Shown: piece by piece, positions 1 to 8,965 of the stretch
Layout of the letters: each line of letters begins with the position of its first letter
How positions within the stretch are numbered: position 1 is the first letter of the stretch
Notes under the pieces: generated by a model
What the model saw: only the letters and a program-made list of their open reading frames with translations
Told to the model about the DNA's origin: nothing
The model's database searches: none
From: a virus
Lineage: Duplodnaviria > Heunggongvirae > Uroviricota > Caudoviricetes
IMG/VR virus record: IMGVR_UViG_3300037466_003757
Location: 1-54,679 of that record
Length of the DNA stretch: 54,679 nt
Direction: 5' to 3' (one strand)
Translations under genes and position numbers: made by a program

Positions 1-2
1 AC

Positions 3-2549
3 GACCGGTGGAAGCACTTCGGCACCCAAGTGAATGAGTGCTTGTACGTACGGTTTGATGGCGTCCAGGAACGCTTTGATCGTGTCGACCAGCGGCGGAA
101 TGATTCCGCCGAGATCGGTGAAGATTTTCTTGAGATCCGGTCCGGCCGCGACGACCATGTCGCCGATTTTCGCAGCGATCTGCGCGATGCCGTCTTCGAG
201 CGGTTTGAGAACTGGCGTGAGTACGTCGATAATAACTGCGGCGATACGACCGAATTGCTCGAGCAGTTTACCAGCGAGCGCAAGAATTCCGCCGAGATCG
301 TCACCAAGCGTCCCGGCGACTGGTTGCAGAGCGCGCAAACCCCCAGTCAAACCATTGAACAACGCGGTGACGCCGGGCGCAGCGCGTTCGGCGAGCGTAA
401 GAAGTTCAGGTCCAAGAATCTTGATGCCATCTACGATCGCCGTGAGTGGGCCACGCAGTGCAGTTGCGGCGTCGGCTACCGTCTTGAAGAAGTTGGCGAG
501 GTCTTGCTTGCCCTCCGCGCTCTTCAAAAATTCGTTGGCGCGTCCGGTGAGATCCTTGAAGGTTGTCAGCAGTTGCGTACCGTATTGAACTCCCGCGCCA
601 AACACGGATTTGAGAATTCCGGCGATATTTCCGAGAATTCCGAACAGCAGTTTGAGCGTGTCGATCGCCGTCTGAATAAAACGGTTCAACGATCCGGTCT
701 GCGCAGCGTTCTGGACGAATTTGTTGACCGATTCAGCGACGTTCGAAAATCCCGTGGCGAGCTGCGGCAGAAACGCGGATCCATAACTGACGAGCGTCGT
801 GAACATTTGCGTCAGCTGCAAGATACCGGGTCGCATGTTGGCGAATGCGATTCCGATATTGTTAAGAATCTGACCCATCTGCTGCGCGGCTTGAGGGGTC
901 GAGAACATACCGGCAATATCTTTGATAATGCTATTCATCTGCGTGGCGATACCGCCGAGTCCGGTCTTGAGAACCGGAAGCTGCACATTCGCCAACGTGA
1001 CGATCGATTGACCCAGTCCAGCGAAGAAATTGTCCTGGATCGTCGTTTTGACGTCTTTCCAGGCGTTACTCAGACCACGAACTTGCGTGACGAAATCGCG
1101 CGCGTTCGGCGACAGTTTGGCCATTGCTTCATTGACGGCCTTCATTGCCGGATCGCCCTGTTGCAGCGTATGGTTCAGCTGCTCCTGGGCTTTCGCCGCG
1201 TTTTCGATCGCGTTTGTCAGCGCTTGCTGAGATTGCTGAACGTTGTATTGTGAATCAGCGACACCCTTATTGGCCGATTCGACGGCCCTTTGCGCTGATA
1301 CGACCTGCTGGGATCCTTCGATACCCTTTTGATTTGCAGTCTGAACCTGATCTTGAAGCTGTTTATTGTGCTCTTTGACCTCGTCCAGATGCTGCAACGA
1401 CTGCCGATAGTTGAGATCGGCTTCCTTACGTTGCAGATCGGTCGATCCGGGCGTGGACATGACCTTGTCCAGATTTTGTTTCGCCCGAATGATCGCAAGG
1501 TTGGCTTCTTCCTCGGTGAGCGCTGAACCCTTGAGTTGCAGATTCAGATCTTCGAGGGAATACCGTGCGTCCTTGTACGCTTGCGTAAGGCTTTCTTGCG
1601 CATCCTTTGCGCGTTGAACGGCTTGAGTCTGATTGTACTGCGCTTCAGACACGTTATGAATTGCAGATGCGACGCCTTGATTCGCTTGTTTGACGGCGTC
1701 CTGCATGCTTTTTACTTGTTGCTGATACTGATATGCGCTATTCGCGGCATCCTTCTGTTGCGCAGAGTAAGCCTTGAATGCATCAGCGACACCACTGGTA
1801 GCAATTTTGACCGTGGCTATTCCAGCACCAGCCGCTGCAGCTACAGCTGGTATCAGAGCCAGCGCGCCGCTGATTTGTGACAGTACGCCGACAACGCCGA
1901 TCAGCTGACCCGATACAGCTACAGCAGCGAGAGGCGCCAGTGCTGCAGCAGCGGCGATACCAATCGCTTGCAGCATTCCGAGAACGCCGCCAAGCGCGCC
2001 ACCTGCGCTACTGAGCGCCGAAATCGATTGACGCGCAGCGTCTGCCGCGGCCTTGGTTTTATTCGCATCATCAGACGATCTAGAACCGGTGAAACGACCG
2101 CCGGAGTCACGCGTGACTTTCGACTCGTCCCAACCACTGGACGAGCTGGCTCGAAGCGGCGTTTGCGGAAGATTACGTGCACGGGAACTGCGTCGCTGTT
2201 CAGCGGCCTGCTCGACCGCTTCAGTTTCGCGAATCGCGGAACGCACTTCGCTGTTGAGCTGTTCACGATATTGGCGACCGTATTGCGTACCGGCGTCTCT
2301 ACCGGAATTACTCGCTTTATTGCCGAGATCGTTGAACGCATTGTCCAACGCGGTATCGATGCCGCCGCCCTTGAGACCTGTCTTGAATCCCTCGGCGTAT
2401 CGTCGCCCGGCTTTCGCGCCAGCAAGAAGCGCTAACGGTTCGACTTCATCGAATGCGTCCGTAATCGCGTCGCGAATGTCTTGCCGCAGCTGTTCTGTAA
2501 CAGCGCGGAGGACGACATACGCAGAACCAACCTTGTTCGGCGCAGTCAC
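3..2549 (-). CDS. Tape measure protein, N-terminal part (3' end beyond window; absent from ORF track)
   Basis: GTG at 2549 with GGAGG RBS; MTAPNKVGSAYVVLRAVTEQLRQDIRDAI...; same frame reads as Ala/Gly/Leu-rich helical sequence at spot checks down to position 3; follows tail assembly chaperones. Confidence 0.9.
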   Translation of the reverse strand, partial: MTAPNKVGSAYVVLRAVTEQLRQDIRDAITDAFDEVEPLALLAGAKAGRRYAEGFKTGLKGGGIDTALDNAFNDLGNKASNSGRDAGTQYGRQYREQLNSEVRSAIRETEAVEQAAEQRRSSRARNLPQTPLRASSSSGWDESKVTRDSGGRFTGSRSSDDANKTKAAADAARQSISALSSAGGALGGVLGMLQAIGIAAAAALAPLAAVAVSGQLIGVVGVLSQISGALALIPAVAAAAGAGIATVKIATSGVADAFKAYSAQQKDAANSAYQYQQQVKSMQDAVKQANQGVASAIHNVSEAQYNQTQAVQRAKDAQESLTQAYKDARYSLEDLNLQLKGSALTEEEANLAIIRAKQNLDKVMSTPGSTDLQRKEADLNYRQSLQHLDEVKEHNKQLQDQVQTANQKGIEGSQQVVSAQRAVESANKGVADSQYNVQQSQQALTNAIENAAKAQEQLNHTLQQGDPAMKAVNEAMAKLSPNARDFVTQVRGLSNAWKDVKTTIQDNFFAGLGQSIVTLANVQLPVLKTGLGGIATQMNSIIKDIAGMFSTPQAAQQMGQILNNIGIAFANMRPGILQLTQMFTTLVSYGSAFLPQLATGFSNVAESVNKFVQNAAQTGSLNRFIQTAIDTLKLLFGILGNIAGILKSVFGAGVQYGTQLLTTFKDLTGRANEFLKSAEGKQDLANFFKTVADAATALRGPLTAIVDGIKILGPELLTLAERAAPGVTALFNGLTGGLRALQPVAGTLGDDLGGILALAGKLLEQFGRIAAVIIDVLTPVLKPLEDGIAQIAAKIGDMVVAAGPDLKKIFTDLGGIIPPLVDTIKAFLDAIKPYVQALIHLGAEVLPPV

Positions 2550-2575
2550 TGTCGTCCTCCCTCGCTATATCCACG

Positions 2576-2880
2576 CTATCCGCGTGGCATTTCCTTCAAC
2601 CCCGGGATTGCCGGCTGAACTTCTCCCGCGGCCTCCATCTCCATGACTTGTTCGTCAGTGAGATCGAGTTCTTCGATTTTCTCCTTGAACGATTTTTCGG
2701 CGTCGATTTCTTCGCGAGTCATGGTGACTGAGCGCGAAATTAGTGCGTAGCAGACGGATACGAGGGCGGCGGCGTCCAATTCGTCTGAGGCGAGGTCGAC
2801 TCCTGAGAGAAGGGCCCGACCGTACTCCCAGAACCAGTTGGCGTTAAGCCACCCGAGGAGGGTTCGGGTGACTCGATAGG
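2576..2880 (-). CDS. Tail assembly chaperone, -1 frameshift extension (gpGT-like)
   Basis: -1 frame after GGGAAAA reads TYRVTRTLLGWLNANWFWEYGRALLSG...KEMPRG*, open to 2576. Confidence 0.8.
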
Positions 2881-3198
2881 TTTTCCCGAGTACTCTCCGA
2901 TCAGCCAGGTGATGATCTCTGTCAGAGTTGTGAGCGGAACCGGCGGATCCGACTCCAACAAATAGTTCATCAAACGATCGCGGTCTTCGGTGAGCGCCGC
3001 GAATTCGATGAACTTGATCATTTCCGTGGCAGAATCAGTGTCGTCCGATGATCCGTCCATCGCCTTGATCAGCATGAGCAAGCGAAGTCCGGAGATACTT
3101 CCCCGTACACGGAATTGCTGATCATTGATAGTCATGATCATCGGAGGAACACCACCGGGGATCGGAGATCCACCGAACGCCTTTTCCTTGATTGTCAT
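2740..3198 (-). CDS. Tail assembly chaperone (gpG-like)
   Basis: 152 aa, position before tape measure, slippery site. Confidence 0.8.
   Translation of the reverse strand: MTIKEKAFGGSPIPGGVPPMIMTINDQQFRVRGSISGLRLLMLIKAMDGSSDDTDSATEMIKFIEFAALTEDRDRLMNYLLESDPPVPLTTLTEIITWLIGEYSGKPIESPEPSSGGLTPTGSGSTVGPFSQESTSPQTNWTPPPSYPSATH
2881..2887 (-). promoter_or_regulatory. Programmed -1 frameshift slippery heptamer G GGA AAA
   Basis: XXXYYYZ heptamer in phase with chaperone ORF (YSGK), just upstream of tape measure. Confidence 0.8.
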
Positions 3199-3257
3199 TT
3201 CTGTCTGCCTCTCAGTCAGTTACTCGCTGTCTTGTCTGTCTGTGTCGTAAATCTTTG

Positions 3258-3965
3258 TCAAGGCAGCGGAGTAAATCCGGTGATGCCTTGAGTCGCCGCA
3301 TCGGCAAGAATGTTTTGAATCGCCGAAAAACGCGTTGGGAACTGCGCGCTTGTAACTCCGATCAAACCCACATTCGCTTGATTCGGACCAGAAGCGTTGT
3401 ATGCCGGCCCACCCGAATCGCCGGGCATGATCGGCGCAGTTGCACCGAACGGCGAACCGGTGAAATTCACCCATCCGCATGTTTCCTGCGTTACCTGACC
3501 GAATTTGCACATATGCTGAAGAAGCACCGGTGCAGAGCCAATCGAATTGACGTGTGTACCGTTCGGCAATTGATTAGATACGGTCAATCCAGAATTGATT
3601 TCGAAAAATGCTCCGTCGTGACTCAAGTCTTGCGGAGAATTGGTGTAAATCGTTGGAAAACCAGTGGGAGCGGTGATCCAATGCCCAATAACCGGACCGT
3701 TTCCATCGATTCCCGCGCTCTTGACGTCCGAATTGGAGTTCGGTGGAATGCAATGACCGGCAGCAAGACCGAGAAGACGGCCAGCAGAATCATGACCTAC
3801 AGCAGTGAGTGTGCACCACGATCCGCCATTGAGCGGTCCTCCGTTCGTCGCAATTGACATTCCCGGATGAACGTCTGCGATACTGTCTGCGTTCGCTGTA
3901 TCAGCTACGGCAAATGGCGCAATCACGATCGCCGCTACGGCGATGAATCGTGCGAGATGCTTCAT
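3258..3965 (-). CDS. Secreted S1 (chymotrypsin-like) serine protease
   Basis: Start moved to MKHLARF (GGAG RBS); signal peptide ending TANA-D; AAGHC, HDGAFF, GDSGGP catalytic motifs. Confidence 0.85.
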   Translation of the reverse strand: MKHLARFIAVAAIVIAPFAVADTANADSIADVHPGMSIATNGGPLNGGSWCTLTAVGHDSAGRLLGLAAGHCIPPNSNSDVKSAGIDGNGPVIGHWITAPTGFPTIYTNSPQDLSHDGAFFEINSGLTVSNQLPNGTHVNSIGSAPVLLQHMCKFGQVTQETCGWVNFTGSPFGATAPIMPGDSGGPAYNASGPNQANVGLIGVTSAQFPTRFSAIQNILADAATQGITGFTPLP

Positions 3966-3984
3966 TGAACGATCTCCGATTACG

Positions 3985-4971
3985 TCAGGGAAGTGGGGTG
4001 AAACCGTAGCCGACGGTCGACGGTCCACGCGCAGTCAGATCGTCCATAACACCGATCATGCTAGTGAACTGACTTGTCGGATTGATGAATGGATTGATGG
4101 CAGAGTTGATACCAGCGAATCCGCCATCGATAATGACGCCGCCTCCGGAATCACCGGGAATGATCGTCGCTCCCGAATGAATTGTGTTGTTCGAAAACGA
4201 TGCGATCGAAGCGCACGTGTAACCGGAAACCTGACCGTATTTGCACATCTGCTGTCCGACCTGCGGAACGTTCAGATTCAGATGATCGAATTTCGTACCG
4301 TTCGGAGCGACGTTCGTCAATTGCACGACGTTCGGATCCAGTTTGATTATTGAGTAATCGAGTCGAGAATCAACTGGCAGCGTGGTTTGACCTTGCGGAT
4401 AACTCGTCAACGTCTCATACGTGCCGATCTGCTGACCGGTTCCGTTCACCGTATCGCTGAGGCGAACCGGAAGATGCGCGATGCTCTGCGGAGCGTAGCA
4501 GTGACCTGCGGTGATCGCAACCATGTTGCCGGCCGCGTCGTTACCGACAGCCGCTACAGTGCACCAGGATCCACCGCCGTCGAGCGGACCGTTTTGCGTT
4601 TCGATGGACGTGCCCGGTCCGACAGTGACCTTGGTCCCGGGCGGAGGAAGCGGCTGACCGTACGTAAAGTTGATCGCATTGCTGGTACCGTCGGGTGTTG
4701 TGACAGTAACCGCGACAGTTCCGGATCCCGCAGGAATCGCGGCGACGAGTTGGGTAGCGGTGCCCGAATAGGATGTCGATGTGCTACCGAATTTGACAGT
4801 GGAGAACGGATAGAGATTTGTGCCATTGATCGTCACATTGCCTGGAGGATTCGCCTGAGTTGGCGAAATCGAGTCAATGTGCGGCGGCGTACCAGCATGC
4901 GCACTTGTTGCTGGCATTAAAAACGCGAACCCAAGAACCGCTAGAGTCGCGATGACTCTGGTTTTGATCAC
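3985..4971 (-). CDS. Secreted S1 serine protease with N-terminal IPT/TIG-like Ig domain
   Basis: Signal peptide ending SAHA-G; PHIDSISP...VTINGTNL...V.FG...VTVTTPDGTSNAINFTY; TAGHC, LDYSII, GDSGG. Confidence 0.85.
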   Translation of the reverse strand: MIKTRVIATLAVLGFAFLMPATSAHAGTPPHIDSISPTQANPPGNVTINGTNLYPFSTVKFGSTSTSYSGTATQLVAAIPAGSGTVAVTVTTPDGTSNAINFTYGQPLPPPGTKVTVGPGTSIETQNGPLDGGGSWCTVAAVGNDAAGNMVAITAGHCYAPQSIAHLPVRLSDTVNGTGQQIGTYETLTSYPQGQTTLPVDSRLDYSIIKLDPNVVQLTNVAPNGTKFDHLNLNVPQVGQQMCKYGQVSGYTCASIASFSNNTIHSGATIIPGDSGGGVIIDGGFAGINSAINPFINPTSQFTSMIGVMDDLTARGPSTVGYGFTPLP

Positions 4972-4995
4972 GCTCTTCCCTTCGGTTTCTCTCAC

Positions 4996-5418
4996 TCAGT
5001 TCACTGCTTGTGTAAGCCAGCGAGTCAGATATGGACGTGGTCTCGTACCGGGATGATTGACTTTTGCAGCGTAGACAATCTGGCCGTTGACCCTGAACCG
5101 GAGCGCTTTCGCACGCACCGGACGAATAACGTGAGGACGTGAACCCTCATGCATGATGTAGCCGTATCCACGCTTTGCGGCGGGCGGTGCGGGATTCGCG
5201 CCAATACGCGCTTCCAATTCACCAGCAGCTTTTCCATACCACGTGTCAATCGAGCGAACCAGTGCGCCAGTACGAATCGGTGCATCGGCTTTACCATTCA
5301 CCTTGACGAATTCGGCACGTCGTTTCATGTCTTTACCAACAAGACCATTCCACGACTTGAATACGTCATCGAATCCGTCGAGATTGACGTTGACATTGGA
5401 AAATCGAATCGTCGTCAT
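4996..5418 (-). CDS. HK97 gp10-like tail completion/neck protein
   Basis: APIRTGALVRSI and HPGTRPRPYL motifs; position. Confidence 0.7.
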   Translation of the reverse strand: MTTIRFSNVNVNLDGFDDVFKSWNGLVGKDMKRRAEFVKVNGKADAPIRTGALVRSIDTWYGKAAGELEARIGANPAPPAAKRGYGYIMHEGSRPHVIRPVRAKALRFRVNGQIVYAAKVNHPGTRPRPYLTRWLTQAVN

Positions 5419-5942
5419 GGAAGCGCCGCCGTAATCGCCATGGTCGTTGCGTTCATTCCGCCTTCGGAAGGCGCAAATGTAATCGACGCGATGATATTTC
5501 CGAATAAGTGTACAGCAGCCAGTTTGTCGGCGGCTACTAAAAGCACCGCAGCATCAGACGATGATGTTTTGAACGCCGAATCGAGATCATCGACTGAAAC
5601 GGTTCCATTTCGCTGTACTCCCGGTCCGCAACGTACGATTGCAGCTTCGAGATTAACCGACCATACGGGCATACATGTCACCGATGGCGTAAGCATTCCT
5701 GCTTGTTCCGCTCCCGGCAAACCCATCGTCAAACTCGTCACTGTGACCGATGTTTGTTCGCAGTCGTAGACCGCTTGACCGGACGTCACAAATTTTCTCG
5801 ACGGAATATCGACGATAAGTTCCATCGCGGCTTCATTGACAAAATCCAGAAGTTCATTCGCGAACGTATAGACACGCGAAATTCCAGCAGAGTCGGTACC
5901 ATCGCTCTGCATTCCTACGTCGATAGGAGTTGGATCCGTCAT
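5415..5942 (-). CDS. Head-tail connector / tail terminator-like protein
   Basis: Start MTDPTPIDV; stop overlaps next start; position in neck module. Confidence 0.55.
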   Translation of the reverse strand: MTDPTPIDVGMQSDGTDSAGISRVYTFANELLDFVNEAAMELIVDIPSRKFVTSGQAVYDCEQTSVTVTSLTMGLPGAEQAGMLTPSVTCMPVWSVNLEAAIVRCGPGVQRNGTVSVDDLDSAFKTSSSDAAVLLVAADKLAAVHLFGNIIASITFAPSEGGMNATTMAITAALP

Positions 5943-6200
5943 GTCGCCACTTTCACTGGACTGCTGTTTTCGGTCGCCGTTTAGAATGGCCCGACCGCGC
6001 ATGTCGCGCGGGTACTGCGTCCAAGTGTTTTATTGTGGCTGGCGAGGCCGAAGAACGGCACGTCGCTCGTTGTAATTGTACGCATAGCGTGAGTAGCGTT
6101 GCGACTCGTCATTAAATTCGACAGGTAAACGCAGCAACGTACGCTGAGTGCGCTTCTCATTCGTCAGACCGGTAAGTCGATAATTTTTATCGTCATAGAC

Positions 6201-6239
6201 GAAAACGGACGTCCAGAGCGAATCTAGACGTCCGTTTTC
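6201..6239 (-). terminator. Intrinsic terminator-like hairpin
   Basis: 17-bp stem GAAAACGGACGTCTAGA/TCTGGACGTCCGTTTTC (one G-U), 5-nt loop, just after stop at 6250. Confidence 0.7.
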
Positions 6240-6249
6240 TCCAGTTATC

Positions 6250-6873
6250 TCACTCGACAGTGACGTCCGAACGGGAACGACGCTTCGGCTTGCTGTCTTC
6301 GACAGCATTCGCAGTTTCGGTCGCGTTTTCTTCCGTCGTCTCGGCGGATTGATCGCCGGCGTCCTCTTCACCCATCTGTTCTGCAGTTGCGCCCGGCATG
6401 CCGACACTCGGATCGCGTTCCTCTTGCGCTTCGGCGCTCGTCGTCTCGTATTCCGGTACAAGACCAGCGTTGATCTCCGACCAAGTCGGCTGTTCGAGAA
6501 CCGGACCGGTGTCTTCCGGTACATCGCCGTCTGGAAGCGTTCCTTCTTCGCGTCGCTGTTGCACCAGTTCAGCGTGAGTCCGCGGGACGCTTTCGAACAA
6601 TGCGGGATCAGTCAGATCCGGCGATTCGATACCGTGACCGGTGTCCGGCGGATAGACATCGAAGTCGAACGCAAGCTGACCGTCCGGTTCGGAGATCAGA
6701 TTCTGCGTCTCGTTGTTCGGAACGTTCTCGTGCGGGAACGGCCACTGTTCCGGATCAGCGAACGGTCGTGGACTACTTTCGCTCTCGGTATTGTCTTCGA
6801 CCGTAGTGTTTTTCTCGACCGTAGCGTTTTCCTCGACTACGTTCTCGTTTTCGGTCGTGCTATCTGTCGCCAT
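6250..6873 (-). CDS. Acidic low-complexity hypothetical protein
   Basis: 207 aa, E/D/T-rich, RBS AAAGGA. Confidence 0.7.
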   Translation of the reverse strand: MATDSTTENENVVEENATVEKNTTVEDNTESESSPRPFADPEQWPFPHENVPNNETQNLISEPDGQLAFDFDVYPPDTGHGIESPDLTDPALFESVPRTHAELVQQRREEGTLPDGDVPEDTGPVLEQPTWSEINAGLVPEYETTSAEAQEERDPSVGMPGATAEQMGEEDAGDQSAETTEENATETANAVEDSKPKRRSRSDVTVE

Positions 6874-6899
6874 CATCGTGTCCTTTCCCGGATTGACGT

Positions 6900-7550
6900 C
6901 TACTGGTTTGCCTGTGTCGTGCCGTGTCGACGTGGCGGCGGAAGGACCTGGCTGATCACCCTAGCCGGACGTCGCGCTTTCGACGGATTGAACGCCATCA
7001 GCACCTCGTCTACTTCGGCGATTCCCGTGCGTCCGTCGTTCAAGAAGTCCATCGGTGAAACGATGTCCATCGAAATTCCCTGACGTGAAATACTCTTGAC
7101 ACGTTCGGGAAGTTTGCATTCGTCGGAACCGTCCAGCAGAAGCCGGAATTGATCCGCCAAGAAATCGATTGCGAGACCGACGCTCGCCGGAGGCGGCGAA
7201 CCGTACGTATACGTGACGACAATACGTTTCGGCATCGTGCATGGCGGAAGAAATGGAAACGGCGACCAATACGGTCCGTTGTCACCGGTCCATGTTCCCG
7301 CGAGTTTCATCTCGAGACGATAGCCATTGACAAGAGTATAGTCGATCTGTGTTGTCGGATCCACGTCCGACGTGACTGATGTAATCGTACTGACGGGACG
7401 TCCGGACAAATAGACGAAACTTTGTCCAGGTGGAAGTGCGATTTCTTCAGTCGTCGTGACAGCAGGCCAAACCCAACGTCGCCCTAACAACTCGTACATA
7501 ATACGAGATGCGATGACTTCGACGTTCGAAATATAGTCTTGGGTAGCCAT
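6900..7550 (-). CDS. Head-to-tail adaptor
   Basis: YTYGSPPP, CKLPERVKSISRQGISM, GRTGIAEVD motifs typical of actinophage adaptors. Confidence 0.75.
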   Translation of the reverse strand: MATQDYISNVEVIASRIMYELLGRRWVWPAVTTTEEIALPPGQSFVYLSGRPVSTITSVTSDVDPTTQIDYTLVNGYRLEMKLAGTWTGDNGPYWSPFPFLPPCTMPKRIVVTYTYGSPPPASVGLAIDFLADQFRLLLDGSDECKLPERVKSISRQGISMDIVSPMDFLNDGRTGIAEVDEVLMAFNPSKARRPARVISQVLPPPRRHGTTQANQ

Positions 7551-7643
7551 TTGCTGTCTCCGTTTCCCGTACTGCTACGGTCGCTCGCTGTGCAGTCGAT
7601 TCGTAATGAACAGACGGCATGGTCAGCGAGCGACCGTGACAGA

Positions 7644-8936
7644 CTAAACGATACCCTGCTGGATAATCTGCGCAGTTACGGACGGCGACGTTCCACCGGT
7701 GAGGGCGGTACTGTCGGCGGTCATAACCGGCAGCGGAGTTCCAGCCAGCGTTCCGGTGAAGGAAGCCTCGAACGGGCTGTTGTCCTTACGCGGCGAATCA
7801 GTAGTACCAGCGGTACCGGTGTCCGTGTAAGTGGTTACAGCGCCGACCGTGGAGATCAGCTTGTTTTCTCCGCCAGCGGTCGTTCCACGGTAGATCTTGT
7901 ACGCGGTCGCTCCGGTGACTGCCGACCAGTTGATCGGCTGTTCCTGGTTCGACGTGAGCGTAGCGGTGAGCTCGTTCGACGCAACGCTCTCGATTCCGTC
8001 AGCGTCGACTGCAGCGATCACCCAGTAGTACGAACCGGCCGTAAACGTTCCGCCAGTTGTCGCAGTACCGAGCGTGATGACCGGCGCGGTAGGTCCGGTG
8101 CTTGCTACGGTGACGTTGCCGGCACCGATCGAGCTGAGCGCGGTCAGCGCAGACTGAACGTCGGTCGCAGTCGCGTTGTATGCGATCGGCGACGTCAATG
8201 CACCCTGGAAATTGAGCTTGAACGTGCCACCGGTCGGCTTGCCGTTGATTACGATTCGCTGAATCTCATCAACCGGTGCCGGAGGCGGTCCCACCAGTAC
8301 GTAGTCGTTGACGCCGGTCGGTGCAGTTGCGGTACGCGCATATTGGAACGCACGATCGGTCTCATACACCCAGTCGCCGCGTGCGCCAGCGCCGTACTGA
8401 ACGTTACCTACGCCCCAGCCCTGGAACTGGTTGGCGAGCATGCCATTTTCCATCTTGCGCTCACCGGACAGATACATCTTGCAGTACGGGAACACCCAAC
8501 GCCAGAACGGATTGACCGGCGCGGGACGACCCGCCACGATCGCCCGGGACCAAACTTCGATGGCACAACCGTTCGGGTTCGCATCGACACCGGAAACCGG
8601 AGCCGCGTAACCGATCGGAACGTTGCTATCGGTCGGTACGAGAACGTCACCGCCAATGACCAGAGCGTGAAGCTCCGGCGAAGGCGAGCAGATCTCGAGA
8701 GTCAGGGTGACGCGCTTGAGAACGTCGGGAGCCTGGTAGTATACGCAGACGGAACCGTCGGCGCCCTTCTCCTCGATTTCCTGACCCTTGGTGTATTCGG
8801 GGGTGAATCCGAGAGTCATGAATGCGTTCGTCACGAATGACGAGTTGGGACCCTGCATCGGGGTACCGTCTGCGTTCAGCCGCGTGACCTGGATGGCGAC
8901 ACCCTGGACACTGGCTGCGTGGTCGGAATTAGCCAT
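7644..8936 (-). CDS. Major tail protein with C-terminal Ig/FN3-like extensions
   Basis: N-terminal TRLNADG...GQEIEEKGADGSVCV tail-tube signature; Thr/Gly-rich beta domains C-terminally. Confidence 0.85.
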   Translation of the reverse strand: MANSDHAASVQGVAIQVTRLNADGTPMQGPNSSFVTNAFMTLGFTPEYTKGQEIEEKGADGSVCVYYQAPDVLKRVTLTLEICSPSPELHALVIGGDVLVPTDSNVPIGYAAPVSGVDANPNGCAIEVWSRAIVAGRPAPVNPFWRWVFPYCKMYLSGERKMENGMLANQFQGWGVGNVQYGAGARGDWVYETDRAFQYARTATAPTGVNDYVLVGPPPAPVDEIQRIVINGKPTGGTFKLNFQGALTSPIAYNATATDVQSALTALSSIGAGNVTVASTGPTAPVITLGTATTGGTFTAGSYYWVIAAVDADGIESVASNELTATLTSNQEQPINWSAVTGATAYKIYRGTTAGGENKLISTVGAVTTYTDTGTAGTTDSPRKDNSPFEASFTGTLAGTPLPVMTADSTALTGGTSPSVTAQIIQQGIV

Positions 8937-8965
8937 GTCTCCTTGCTCCTAACTCGGGCCGCTCA

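Noticed and set aside
30-1253. 407-aa plus-strand ORF
   Set aside because: Antisense shadow of the tape measure; no RBS or recognisable motif
1919-2425. 168-aa minus-strand ORF
   Set aside because: Alternative frame inside the tape measure
6030-6524. 164-aa minus-strand ORF
   Set aside because: Overlaps the acidic ORF in another frame and runs through the terminator hairpin
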